A stretch of DNA of 64,000 nt, from NCBI GenBank assembly GCA_016715885.1, contig JADJXL010000022.1:75588-139587 (forward strand), given 5' to 3'. This stretch comes from Polyangiaceae bacterium (GTDB lineage Bacteria; Myxococcota_A; Polyangia; Polyangiales; Polyangiaceae). Numbering within the stretch: the stretch's first letter is position 1; every line of letters starts with the position of its first letter. The notes under the pieces were generated by a model that was not told the DNA's origin, ran no database searches, and worked only from the letters and a program-made list of their open reading frames with translations. Made by a program: the position numbers and the translations under genes. Of this stretch, positions 45,276 to 54,279 are shown piece by piece.

Positions 45276-45632
45276 GGTGGGAAGGCTACAGGGAGAAGGG
45301 CGGGAGAGGCAAGAGTTTTGTCAGCGGCGGAAACTGCGGCGTTCGATGCAGGAAGGTGGCTGCGATGCACAAGTTGGTTCACAAGGGAAGCCTCATTCGG
45401 CGTTGGTTATGTGCCGCCGCAGTGAGGAAGATGCGGGCGGGGCACTGGTCGAGATTTCGTCAACGGATGTTGGACCAAATTGGGATGAAATATTATGCGA
45501 TGCGTTGGCGGTGAGCCTTGAGTCTGTGCTGGGATTCCTGTTGACATGGTGGGCGTAACCGGAAAGCATCCCATCTTGGTAGGATCAGTCGTTGGGCGTA
45601 CTTCACGCCAATCGAGTGCTCCCGGTGAGGAG

Positions 45633-47032
45633 ATGCAGATGAAACGAACGAGAACCGCTGCCGCCATCGCGATGATCATGGGTGCAGGAATTGTGGGGGG
45701 GCTTGCATTGGTCGCTTGACGCCGGAAGAGGAGGTGGTTGGTGTGGCTGAAAGTCGCTTGGTGGAGTACTGGCAGAACAATGCGCCATGCAGTTTCTCGG
45801 CGTGCACCGGTGGGCAGGTGCGGACATGTGGTGACGTTTGCGTGACGCCGGTGACCGTGGGAAACGCGTGCTCGCAAACGGATTGCGCCAGCACCAGCGT
45901 TTGTGAAACTGGAGCGAGTTGCGTGACCATCTCGGGACAATTGAAATGCGCGTTTCCACCCACCGGTATGACGCTCTTTTCTGATTGCAGTGGGGAAAGG
46001 ACTGGCTGTCCGCATGACTTGTTTTGTCGCGACTTCGACACGTGCACATCCGCGACTGGCTTTGGTGAGCGCTGCTCGGTGGGCTCGTCGCATGGGCATT
46101 CGTGCGACAGCGACTGGGATACCCCAGACTGCTGGCCGTGCATGCCGGGAACGGACTGCACCGGCGCCACGGGCAACAAGAAATGCCGCAAGTCGTGTAG
46201 CAGCAATGAGGACTGTCCGTGCGGAGACAGTGGCGCGATAAACGGCTGTAATCCAGAGGATGCTTATTGCTACCGCTGCGTGAGCACCGGCGAAGCCTGC
46301 AACGAGAATACGTTGTGCTGCGATACGGGGACGTATTGCGGTCCCATTTCGCAAGTGTGTTGCCCGGAGGTCGGCACGTCGTGCACCGATGACGAGGATT
46401 GCTGCTCGGAGCATATTTGTCGCAGCAATGGTACCTGCAATGCTTGTATTGCGGACAGTCAGTCGTGCACGTCGAATGACGATTGTTGCAGTGAACTTTG
46501 CTCCGGTGGTCAATGCGTGGCGGATTGTACGAACAAAGTAGGTCAGCCGTGCACGGTACCCATGCAAGCTGGTGAATGCGCCAAGGGTACGATAACGTGC
46601 ACCAATGGCATTGAAGGCTGCTCGGGACCGTCTTCGTCCTCCGAAATATGCGACGACAAGGACAACGACTGCGATGGAAAGACGGATGAGGGAGTCGTTT
46701 ACAGCCCGTCCACGTGCAGCACGACCGGCATTCCTGGTTGTGAATCGACCTTCGAAGCGCAGGGCGTCAAAGTCTGCGAAGAAGGCTCGACGATTTGCAG
46801 GGCCGAGGCAGGTGTCAATTTCTGCGTCATTTGTGATCAGGTCCTGCCTGGGTCACAGTCCTGTGGGTATTGCGTTGGAAGCTCTACGCAGTGTACGACG
46901 GATTCGCAATGTGCCCCCGGAGCGATTTGCTTAATGGATTCCGGGCTCGGATACAAGGTTTGCCAGGACGATCCAATGTGCAGCACCACCGTAAGCTGTT
47001 GGCTGCCTTCGGACAACGGGACGTGTCCATGA
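45633..47032 (+). CDS. Secreted Cys-rich protein (about 70 Cys; DxDxDG Ca-binding-like CDDKDNDCDGKTDEG motif) with an apparent frameshift in a G7 run near 45690
   Basis: GGTGAGGAG RBS. Signal MQMKRTRTAAAIAMIMGAGIVGGLALVA is in frame 0, then the frame changes at GTGGGGGGGCTTG into track ORF 45716..47032. Confidence 0.6.
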
Positions 47033-48060
47033 GGTACCTATTGCTCATGGCGGGTCTTCTCAGCCCAATTGGTTGTGCCGATGAAGTCCGATACGACACG
47101 AGCGGCACGTCGAGTGCTGGTGGCGGAGGAGTTGGTCCCGCCCCACTTCTGGATGGCGCCAACCGCAATTCGTGTCTTGGCAAAAACCTCGAATGCGCGG
47201 GGCAAAGCTGCTGCGCGACGGCATTCGTTCCAGGTGGCACGTACAATCGATTGAACGATCCCGCTTATCCGGCAACGGTGAGCGATTTCTACCTCGACAT
47301 CTTCGAGGTCACCGTGGGCCGAATGCGATCGTTCGTCGAGGCGTACCCGGAGTCTATTCCGCAACCTGGAGCTGGGGCTCATCTCAAGGTACCGGGGAGC
47401 GGATGGGATAAAAGCTTAAAAATGGCAGAGACGCAGGAGCAATTGAGGTCTTGGCTCGGCACCGTCGTCGCTTCGAGCGACAAGGATCCATTTCTGCCAT
47501 GGACCGACGATGTAGGCCCGAATGAAAACCGGGCAGTCACCAATGTTACCTGGCAAATTGCGCAAGCGTTCTGCATTTGGGATGGTGGGCGTTTGCCCAC
47601 GGAAGCGGAATGGAACTATGCGGCATCGGGAGGTTCCGAGCAGCGGAAATATCCATGGGGCAGCGATCCTCCGACGCCCGAACTTGCTGCACTCAACTAC
47701 AACAATCCAGGTGGGCCATACAATATGGCGGACCTCGACGTCGGGTCACTCCCTAAAGGCGCTGCTCGCTGGGGCCACCTGGATCTGAATGGTGGCCGCA
47801 TGGAGATGCTCTACGATGCGAATCTCCAGCCGGAGTGCTGCGACACAGAGATTTCCCCGCTCCCAGTGCCGTGCAAGGACTGCTTGGTGTTGCCGACCAA
47901 TGGTTCGGATGCGCGTATCTTGCGCGACGTCTCGGCTTTCTACTTTTCCGATCTGGAACCGCCAGAAGGCGCGACGGAGTACCGCAACAATTACTTCTGG
48001 ACCACCTTTGTCGACATAGCCATTGGCTTCCGCTGCGTGTACGAGCCCGTTGCCGATTGA
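47029..48060 (+). CDS. Formylglycine-generating-enzyme (FGE/SUMF1) family lipoprotein
   Basis: Lipoprotein signal MRYLLLMAGLLSPIGC. FYLDIFEVTVGRMRSFV...RLPTEAEWNYAASGG..RKYPWG is the FGE-sulfatase domain signature. ATGA overlap with the upstream gene's stop. Confidence 0.85.
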   Translation: MRYLLLMAGLLSPIGCADEVRYDTSGTSSAGGGGVGPAPLLDGANRNSCLGKNLECAGQSCCATAFVPGGTYNRLNDPAYPATVSDFYLDIFEVTVGRMRSFVEAYPESIPQPGAGAHLKVPGSGWDKSLKMAETQEQLRSWLGTVVASSDKDPFLPWTDDVGPNENRAVTNVTWQIAQAFCIWDGGRLPTEAEWNYAASGGSEQRKYPWGSDPPTPELAALNYNNPGGPYNMADLDVGSLPKGAARWGHLDLNGGRMEMLYDANLQPECCDTEISPLPVPCKDCLVLPTNGSDARILRDVSAFYFSDLEPPEGATEYRNNYFWTTFVDIAIGFRCVYEPVAD

Positions 48061-48120
48061 GGCCATGGCCATGAAACGCACGGTGCTTCCAGCATAACCT
48101 CGCCAGTCCAAGCTCCAAGC

Positions 48121-48287
48121 TTAGCGCTTCCAATCGGCGCCGCCCATAGCAGCGACGCGCTTCAGCGCGACGGGCTCGTTCGTGGCCAGATCGAGCGCAC
48201 GGAACACGCGAGCCATTCCCCCTTGGCCGACGAAGGCTTCGAGGCGGAAGCGTTCGCCCACGACCTGCCCGATCTGCATGCGGGGCA
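48121..48287 (-). pseudogene. Orphan 5' fragment (first ~43 codons) of the Ser/Thr kinase gene carried in repeat copy 2
   Basis: Encodes ...PRMQIGQVVGERFRLEAFVGQGGMARVFRALDLATNEPVALK identical to the N-terminus of 39236..43090, then diverges and terminates. Confidence 0.8.
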
Positions 48288-49370
48288 CAGTATCGTTGGA
48301 AAACGCGAAAAGGTCTACAGGGGAAAGGGGAGGGGTGGGAGATGGGGCGATGGGGCGTGCAGGAGCAGGCCCGGGTTCACGGCGCGGGCGTCGTTGACTG
48401 TCGATGAAGTGTGGTGTTGACGGTTTGCTGCGCCGGAGTTGCTTTGACAAACGTATGAAAAATATTTCTGGAATATCGGTTTGTCTTGGAGTATGAGTGG
48501 GCATGCCCAAGACAGACCGCGCATTTCGTGCGCTTTCTCGTCAATCGCCCGATGTCATTGCAGCGTTGCTACGCGTTGTAAAACCCGGGCTCGTGCCTGC
48601 ATCGGCGGTGCTCGTGCCGGAAGATGTCGTTCCCACGCAGATAGATGGTTTGCCGCCGGAGATGGATGCCGATTGGGCGGCTCGCGTGAACGACGATGAG
48701 CTATTGCACATGGAGTGTCAGGGGTACAGGGATACGGGTTTTTCCTCGCGGGTGCTTTGGTATCACGTCGGGTTTGCCTTGCGGAACCGGGGCAAACGTC
48801 GAGTGCGCACGGTGGCGCTTTGGTTGTCGCCGCCTCCGGCCGATCAGCGCTTGGGCATTGTCACGGTTGGCGACATCAGCGTGCGTATGACGATGATTGT
48901 ATTGTCCGAGGTGCCTGCGGCGAAGTTGCTCGAGGATGAGCGTACGGCGTGTTTTGCGGCGGGTGCTCATGCTGGAGATTGGTCGGATGTGGAGCTTTGC
49001 CGGCGCGTCGTGGCAGCGCTTTCGGCGCGCAAGGCGAGCTGGGTCGAGCGGCACATGGCGGTGGTTGCGGCACTGACGCAAAAGCGGTACGATGTTATGG
49101 TGGCAGCGATGGAACAGGCAAACATGGAACCGGTCATCATCGAAGACCTCGTGAAGTTTGGCGAAGATCGCGGCGTGGACAAGGAGCGCCAGCGTGTGTA
49201 CGAGCGCCAGTTCGCTCGTCGCCTGGGTCGGCCCCTCACGCAGAGCGAACGCGATACGCTTGGTCGGCGCGTCGCTACCCTTGGCGTCGAGCGCCTCGAC
49301 GATGTGCTCTTCTCCTTGGGTCAGGAGGCCATAGCGGCGTGGCTCGCAGATCCATCAGCCGCATGAGCAG
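48157..49370. repeat. Copy 2 of the ~1.24 kb direct repeat
   Basis: See copy 1. Differences are concentrated in the last ~150 bp of the Rpn-like ORF. Confidence 0.9.
48497..49366 (+). CDS. Rpn-family/YhgA-like putative transposase with DUF4351-like C-terminus (copy 2)
   Basis: 289 aa, about 95% identical to 43327..44196. C-terminal ~50 aa are more divergent (EDRGVDKERQRVYERQFARRLGRPLTQSERDTLGRRVATLG). Confidence 0.7.
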   Translation: MGMPKTDRAFRALSRQSPDVIAALLRVVKPGLVPASAVLVPEDVVPTQIDGLPPEMDADWAARVNDDELLHMECQGYRDTGFSSRVLWYHVGFALRNRGKRRVRTVALWLSPPPADQRLGIVTVGDISVRMTMIVLSEVPAAKLLEDERTACFAAGAHAGDWSDVELCRRVVAALSARKASWVERHMAVVAALTQKRYDVMVAAMEQANMEPVIIEDLVKFGEDRGVDKERQRVYERQFARRLGRPLTQSERDTLGRRVATLGVERLDDVLFSLGQEAIAAWLADPSAA

Positions 49371-49373
49371 CGC

Positions 49374-49647
49374 GATGTTGGAAGGGGAGGTCATCATCGA
49401 AGAACTCGTCAAGTTTGGCGAAGAGCGCGGCTTCGAGCGCGGCTTCGAGCGCGGCGTGGAACGAGCGCGTCGCTGCACGTACGAGCGCCAGTTCGCTCGT
49501 CGCCTGGGTCGGCCGCTCACGCAGAACGAACGCGATACGCTCGGGCAGCGTTTGGTGACCCTTGGCGTCGATCGACTCGACGATGTGCTCTTTTCCTTGG
49601 GCCCCGAAGCGACCGCAGCTTGGCTCGCAGATCCATCGGCCGCGTGA
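49374..49647 (+). pseudogene. Third, partial copy of the Rpn-like gene (DUF4351-like C-terminal ~90 codons only)
   Basis: VIIEELVKFGEERGFERGFERGVERARRCTYERQFARRLGRPLTQNERDTLGQRLVTLGVDRLDDVLFSLGPEATAAWLADPSAA starts 8 nt after the copy-2 stop. Confidence 0.6.
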
Positions 49648-49740
49648 GAAGCGGGCCATCGGCGCTTCAATTGGCTGACCGCTCGAGCGCAATCTCAGGC
49701 GATGTGCACGTCCATTGTCGCAATCGCACCGTGACGAGCT

Positions 49741-50337
49741 TCATTGCAGCGGGAAAGGCGTCAGGAAATAATCGGTTCCGGCCGAATGACACCCCGTGCA
49801 AAGTCCGACGCCGTTTCCATCGGCAATGGGATTCGATGGATTGGTCGTGCTGAAATTCTCGTACCAGTAAAACCCATTTCCACCATCGCTATCCGCTTGC
49901 GTCTTGACGAATACCGCCCAGCCCGTGAGCGCAGCGCCTCCGCCGTACAGCTCTTTGACGGAAGCAGCACCTGCGGGGAAATTCGTCAAGTTGTTGGTGA
50001 GCGCGTCAAAGAGAATCGGATTGAGGAACGTGCGTACGTCACCACCATGCGGACCGGTCGACGCATGGTTCCCCGATTCCGCCGCAAAACTCAGGTACTT
50101 GCCCGCTTGAAGCCAGGGAAATAGCTCGGCCCCGGATGTCGGCACGAGCCCGCTATCGCCACCTCCCGCGCCGCCTCCCTGTCCGCCACCTCCGCCGCCA
50201 CCTCCGCCACCGTCGCCGCCAGTGGAACCCGTGCTGCCCGACGAAGTGCTGGTGTCGGGATCAGGATCGCCACATGCGGCAAAGACGAAAGGAAAAAGGA
50301 TCACACCAGCCCATGTCCATCGCCCACGACGCAGCAT
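49741..50337 (-). CDS. Cytochrome P460-like c-type haem lipoprotein (single CxxCH near C-terminus)
   Basis: Lipoprotein signal MLRRGRWTWAGVILFPFVFAAC and Gly-rich linker. C-terminal ...TGWAVFVKTQADSDGGNGFYWYENF...GVGLCTGCHSAGTDYF matches the P460/cyt c'-beta architecture. Confidence 0.55.
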   Translation of the reverse strand: MLRRGRWTWAGVILFPFVFAACGDPDPDTSTSSGSTGSTGGDGGGGGGGGGGQGGGAGGGDSGLVPTSGAELFPWLQAGKYLSFAAESGNHASTGPHGGDVRTFLNPILFDALTNNLTNFPAGAASVKELYGGGAALTGWAVFVKTQADSDGGNGFYWYENFSTTNPSNPIADGNGVGLCTGCHSAGTDYFLTPFPLQ

Positions 50338-50497
50338 AGTCACCTTTCTTTGGTCGCTACCATCTTAGCTCGGCAAGACGTGCGGTGTCATTCACGAATC
50401 GCCGAGGACCACACTTGCGCATGGCTACGGCGACAATTGCGCTTGACAGTCTGGACGAATCTGGATAGGCCTGCGCGTTTCGCGCAAAGGTGAATCC

Positions 50498-52162
50498 ATG
50501 GTGATGCAAGATTCTCGAACGAGTGGGCTTCTTCTCGCGTTGTGCCTCGGACTTGGGAGTGTCGCAGCCGGTTGTGGAGGTGACGGTGCGACGACGCCGA
50601 CTGGTGGCGGTGGAGATGGCGGGTCGAATACGGGCGGCGACGGCGGCAGCTCGAGCAGCAGCAGTGGCAATGGTGGCGCTGGTGGAATGGCGGGTGCTGG
50701 CGGGAGCGGCGGTGGAATGGCCGGCGCTGGCGGTGGCGGCGGCGCCGGCGGAATGGCTGGCGGTGGCGGCAATGGTGGCGGTAGCAGTGTAGGATGCAAG
50801 GTCGCCGGTGATTGCAATGACAACGATGCATGCACCATCGACGTGTGCGTGAACGAAACGTGCGCCGCTGCGCCGATCGAAGTGGATGACGGTGACGCTT
50901 GCACGGTCGATGGTTGCGATCCGCAAATGGGGCCGACGCACATGCCCGTGCCGGTCGACGATGGCAATGCTTGCACGTTCGATACGTGCGATCCCATCGC
51001 GGGCGTCCAACATGCGCCGGTCAATCCCGACGACAACGACGTGTGCACCGTCGACTCGTGCAATCCCATGACGGGCGTGGTCAATACGCCCGTCGACGTG
51101 AGCGATGGCAATGCGTGCACCGACGACTTCTGCGATCCGGTGCTTGGTGTTTCCCACAAGCCCACGGTGATCGACGACGGCAACAAGTGCACGTTCGATA
51201 CCTGCAATCCCATGACGGGCGTGCAGCACGTGCCCATCAATCCGAGCGACAACAATGCGTGCACCAGCGATTCGTGCGACCCGATGCTCGGCGTGATCAA
51301 CACGCCCATCAATCCGAACGACAACAATGCCTGCACGATCGATTCCTGCGATCCGATGCTCGGCGTGTCGAACGTGCCGGTCAATCCGAACGACAACAAT
51401 GTGTGCACCGCCGACTCGTGCGATCCGATCCTAGGCATTCAAAATGTTCCCGTGCCGGTCGACGACAACAATGCCTGTACGACGGATGCGTGCAATCCGC
51501 AGACGGGAGTGACGCATACGCCCATTACGTGCAACGACAACGACGCGTGCACGACGGATACGTGCAATCCCGCCATGGGCTGCGTGTTCACGCCCAATAC
51601 GGTGGTCTATTTCGAGGAAACCTTTGCGAACAACGTGAAAGGTTGGCAGCTTGCTGGTCAGTGGCAAATCGGTTCGGCCATGGCATCACCGCCTTTCATG
51701 AATATGCCCACACCGATTCCGGATTTTGGCCTCGATCCGGCGCAAGATCATTCGCCATCGGCGGACAATGGCATTGCAGGCGTCGCCATTGGCGGCAACA
51801 TCGGGCCCACGCTGCTCGAACCGCTCACGTACTTGGAAAGCCCGACCATCAACATTTCGAACGCAATCGCACCCGGCAGCGTGTACCTCGAATTCTGGCG
51901 CGTATTGAACAGCGATTACCCGCCGTTCGCGGAATCGACCATCGATGTGTGGAATGGCAGCTCCTGGGTGTCCATCTTTGCCATTCTAGCATCTCCGCAC
52001 GTCAGTGAAACGAATTGGACCAAGTACACCTACGACGTGACCGCGCACAAGAATGCGGCCTTCCGCGTCCGCTTCGGCTACTCGGTGCTTCGCGATGACG
52101 CGTACACCACGGGGAGCTGGAACATCGACGACGTGCGGCTCGTGCCCCAAAACTGCCCCTGA
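50498..52162 (+). CDS. Secreted Cys-rich tandem-repeat protein (about twelve 24-aa DxNACTxDxCDPxxGVxxxPVxxx units) with a C-terminal non-repeat domain
   Basis: Signal MVMQDSRTSGLLLALCLGLGSVAAGC and Gly-rich linker. 72-bp DNA periodicity across about 50810..51600. Confidence 0.75.
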   Translation: MVMQDSRTSGLLLALCLGLGSVAAGCGGDGATTPTGGGGDGGSNTGGDGGSSSSSSGNGGAGGMAGAGGSGGGMAGAGGGGGAGGMAGGGGNGGGSSVGCKVAGDCNDNDACTIDVCVNETCAAAPIEVDDGDACTVDGCDPQMGPTHMPVPVDDGNACTFDTCDPIAGVQHAPVNPDDNDVCTVDSCNPMTGVVNTPVDVSDGNACTDDFCDPVLGVSHKPTVIDDGNKCTFDTCNPMTGVQHVPINPSDNNACTSDSCDPMLGVINTPINPNDNNACTIDSCDPMLGVSNVPVNPNDNNVCTADSCDPILGIQNVPVPVDDNNACTTDACNPQTGVTHTPITCNDNDACTTDTCNPAMGCVFTPNTVVYFEETFANNVKGWQLAGQWQIGSAMASPPFMNMPTPIPDFGLDPAQDHSPSADNGIAGVAIGGNIGPTLLEPLTYLESPTINISNAIAPGSVYLEFWRVLNSDYPPFAESTIDVWNGSSWVSIFAILASPHVSETNWTKYTYDVTAHKNAAFRVRFGYSVLRDDAYTTGSWNIDDVRLVPQNCP

Positions 52163-52214
52163 ACCATTCTCGCTACGTGCGGGTGTGCCCGCAATCGGGC
52201 CGTGCGGCACACCC

Positions 52215-52340
52215 GTACATGCGACGGCCACGTCAACGTGATCCCATTCACACTTCGTACGTGCGACGGCCACGTCGACGAGCCTTCGACACGTGGCTGT
52301 ACATGCGACGGCCACGTCGACGTGCCTTCGTCACGTGGCT
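52215..52340. repeat. 42-bp tandem repeat x3, each unit with internal dyad GCCACGT-N14-16-ACGTGGC
   Basis: GTACATGCGACGGCCACGTCGACG..CCTTCG(A/T)CACGTGGCT repeated head-to-tail between the 50498 and 52542 genes. Confidence 0.85.
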
Positions 52341-52541
52341 GTCCATGAAATGGTCGTCGCGATGAGCCCTCTCGACGTAGCCGTAAGCTTGCAGGTCGCG
52401 TTTGGCGATCCCGCATGATGCCGGACCATGGAGTTCGCACCGTCACGAGCGATCCGAGACCATTTTTGCTCCAAGGTGCCACATCGAGGTGAAACTTGGT
52501 GGAGAATTCATTCGCGTGCTGCTAAGGAACGAGGGAGCTGC

Positions 52542-53387
52542 ATGAATTATCGCGACTTTTGTCGACAACACTTGCCGGAACACCTCGATGAACGCGGCGA
52601 CCTTGCGCCGCCATGGGAGCAATTTCCCGAATACGAAAGGCACACGATTGGCTGGCGAATGGGGTCGGGTGAATCGTGGCTCGGGTATTTCGATGTGTTC
52701 ATGGAGCAGCTCGGGACCGACTTCGACACGCGCCTCGCCTACCTGAAAAGGCACGCGAGAGCGCCATTTTCATGGAGCGAAACAGTGTATTGGCTCCTGC
52801 ATCCGGACGCTCCGGACGAAGAAGACGAGGATGACGACGACGGCGAGCTCGCAAGGCAGCGTGTTCGCGAGCGTCAGGCGTGGCTTCTCGAGCGGGATCT
52901 CATTGCGTCGGACGTCGCTTATTCGACCTGGCGCGCAAAGCAGAAAAGCATCGTGTGGCCCTGGAAGTTCACGGATACGCCCGTCGAGGCTATGCGTCAC
53001 TGGACTCGCGATATGTGGTTTTGGTCGCGACACGTCGCGGAGGCGCGGGCGAAAGGGAATCTCCCAGAATTCAATGTGCCGGAAGAGTGGCTTTTTTGTG
53101 CAGATGCCATTCGCAATGGAGCGACGGGGCCCATCGTGCCCGATGATGGGCTTCTATCGCTTGCGCGGTGTTTTGCTGCGGGCGATGTCATTGCACCGTG
53201 GCAAGCGGGGCTCACCGTGGCCGATTTCAAGGATTCGTTCGACGACGACATGGGCTATGTCGACGCATTCCGGCTTTGGGGAATGTCGGCTTTCGACGAT
53301 GTACCGATGATCGAACGATACGCCGAGGCAACTCGAATGCCGCGCGAATGGGGCGAATGGATGGCCGAGCAGTTTCCGCTGGATTGA
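52542..53387 (+). CDS. Hypothetical Trp-rich protein with acidic EEDEDDDDGE stretch
   Basis: GAGGGAG RBS with ATG at 52542. Coding-like codon bias. No domain recognised. Confidence 0.55.
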   Translation: MNYRDFCRQHLPEHLDERGDLAPPWEQFPEYERHTIGWRMGSGESWLGYFDVFMEQLGTDFDTRLAYLKRHARAPFSWSETVYWLLHPDAPDEEDEDDDDGELARQRVRERQAWLLERDLIASDVAYSTWRAKQKSIVWPWKFTDTPVEAMRHWTRDMWFWSRHVAEARAKGNLPEFNVPEEWLFCADAIRNGATGPIVPDDGLLSLARCFAAGDVIAPWQAGLTVADFKDSFDDDMGYVDAFRLWGMSAFDDVPMIERYAEATRMPREWGEWMAEQFPLD

Positions 53388-53433
53388 GCTGCTATTTGGC
53401 TTCGGCTAGCACGACTCCGCCACTTCGTTGATT

Positions 53434-53549
53434 GAGCTTTGGGAGGCTTGATTTCTCCGCACTGCGGCACCCCGAACTCGCCGCCTTCGGCGGCTCGAAC
53501 AGCGGGGCCCCCGCCGCAGCGCCGAGAAATCAAACAGCTCCCAAAGCTT
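53434..53549. repeat. Long imperfect hairpin (~30-bp stem, GCTTTGGGAGGCTTGATTTCTCCGCACTGCGG / CCGCAGCGCCGAGAAATCAAACAGCTCCCAAAGC) enclosing a GGCTCGAACAGCGGGGCCCC core
   Basis: Read directly. The core is shared with two copies at 58949..58975 and 59031..59060. Confidence 0.6.
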
Positions 53550-53575
53550 GGCGTGTACGATTTAGCAAAGTCGTA

Positions 53576-54028
53576 CTATAGGGCGTAAAGCTCTCGTCTG
53601 TCCGGGGGCGACGTGGATGCACGTTTGGACGCGATCCACGCCCGCGCTTGATCTTCGGTCGCGGTGAATTCGAAGGGGAAAGAAAAGCTCTTTGGCATGA
53701 TACGCGCGCCGGCGGTGAGGGCCATCATCATGGCGACGCGAATCGGAAACGGCGCGCCGCACATGACACCTGCCATTATCGGGTAACGCTCCTGGCCGCC
53801 CTTGAGGAATACGTCGCGTACGCGTTCGCCGGAGCTCTCGAAACGAGAGACGTCAACGAGCCAATACATGGGGCCATGCTGCCGACCGAGATCGTGGATG
53901 CGATTGATGATGGCTTGGGCCTCGACCGCCGTGAGCGGCCCCACGAGCGATATGCAAACCGTATCGGGGGATTCAAATGTCACCCGGTGCGCCATGAATG
54001 GGGGAAAGCTGGATGACATTGCGACCAT
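53576..54028 (-). CDS. Hypothetical protein (possibly STAS-fold)
   Basis: GGAGG RBS upstream of the ATG at 54028. 150 aa. No confident family assignment. Confidence 0.45.
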   Translation of the reverse strand: MVAMSSSFPPFMAHRVTFESPDTVCISLVGPLTAVEAQAIINRIHDLGRQHGPMYWLVDVSRFESSGERVRDVFLKGGQERYPIMAGVMCGAPFPIRVAMMMALTAGARIMPKSFSFPFEFTATEDQARAWIASKRASTSPPDRRELYAL

Positions 54029-54279
54029 GATGATCCTCCGGAGGATCAGTAGCGTAAGCAAATCACGGGCCAGCACTGCAATCTTTGCAATTGCCCACAA
54101 TCCGGGCTAATTGGCGAGGGCGACAACGTTGTGACGCTGAATGGGTCTTGCAGGTGGGAAAGGAATGCCCATTCGGCTTGCGAAGGTGCAATGCGCCGGG
54201 CTTCGCGGTGGCAGGTACGTAGCCTGTGCTACTTTTTGCGCCTTACGAAAACGAAATCAGACGGGATAGGTGTTGTGGC

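Noticed and set aside
45520-45560. Sigma70-like promoter (TTGACA at 45545) for the Cys-rich protein gene
   Set aside because: No convincing -10 hexamer at the proper spacing. Myxobacterial promoters are poorly predicted by the E. coli consensus, so it is not reported as a feature.
48121-48510. 129-aa ORF on the minus strand treated as a gene
   Set aside because: Only its last ~43 codons are kinase N-terminus, carried in by the duplication. The upstream part is read-through of non-coding repeat sequence. It is annotated as a pseudogene fragment instead.
52177-52365. 62-aa ORF MRVCPQSGRAAHPYMRRPRQRD...
   Set aside because: It is the translation of the 42-bp tandem repeat. The repeated peptide reflects DNA periodicity, not a protein.
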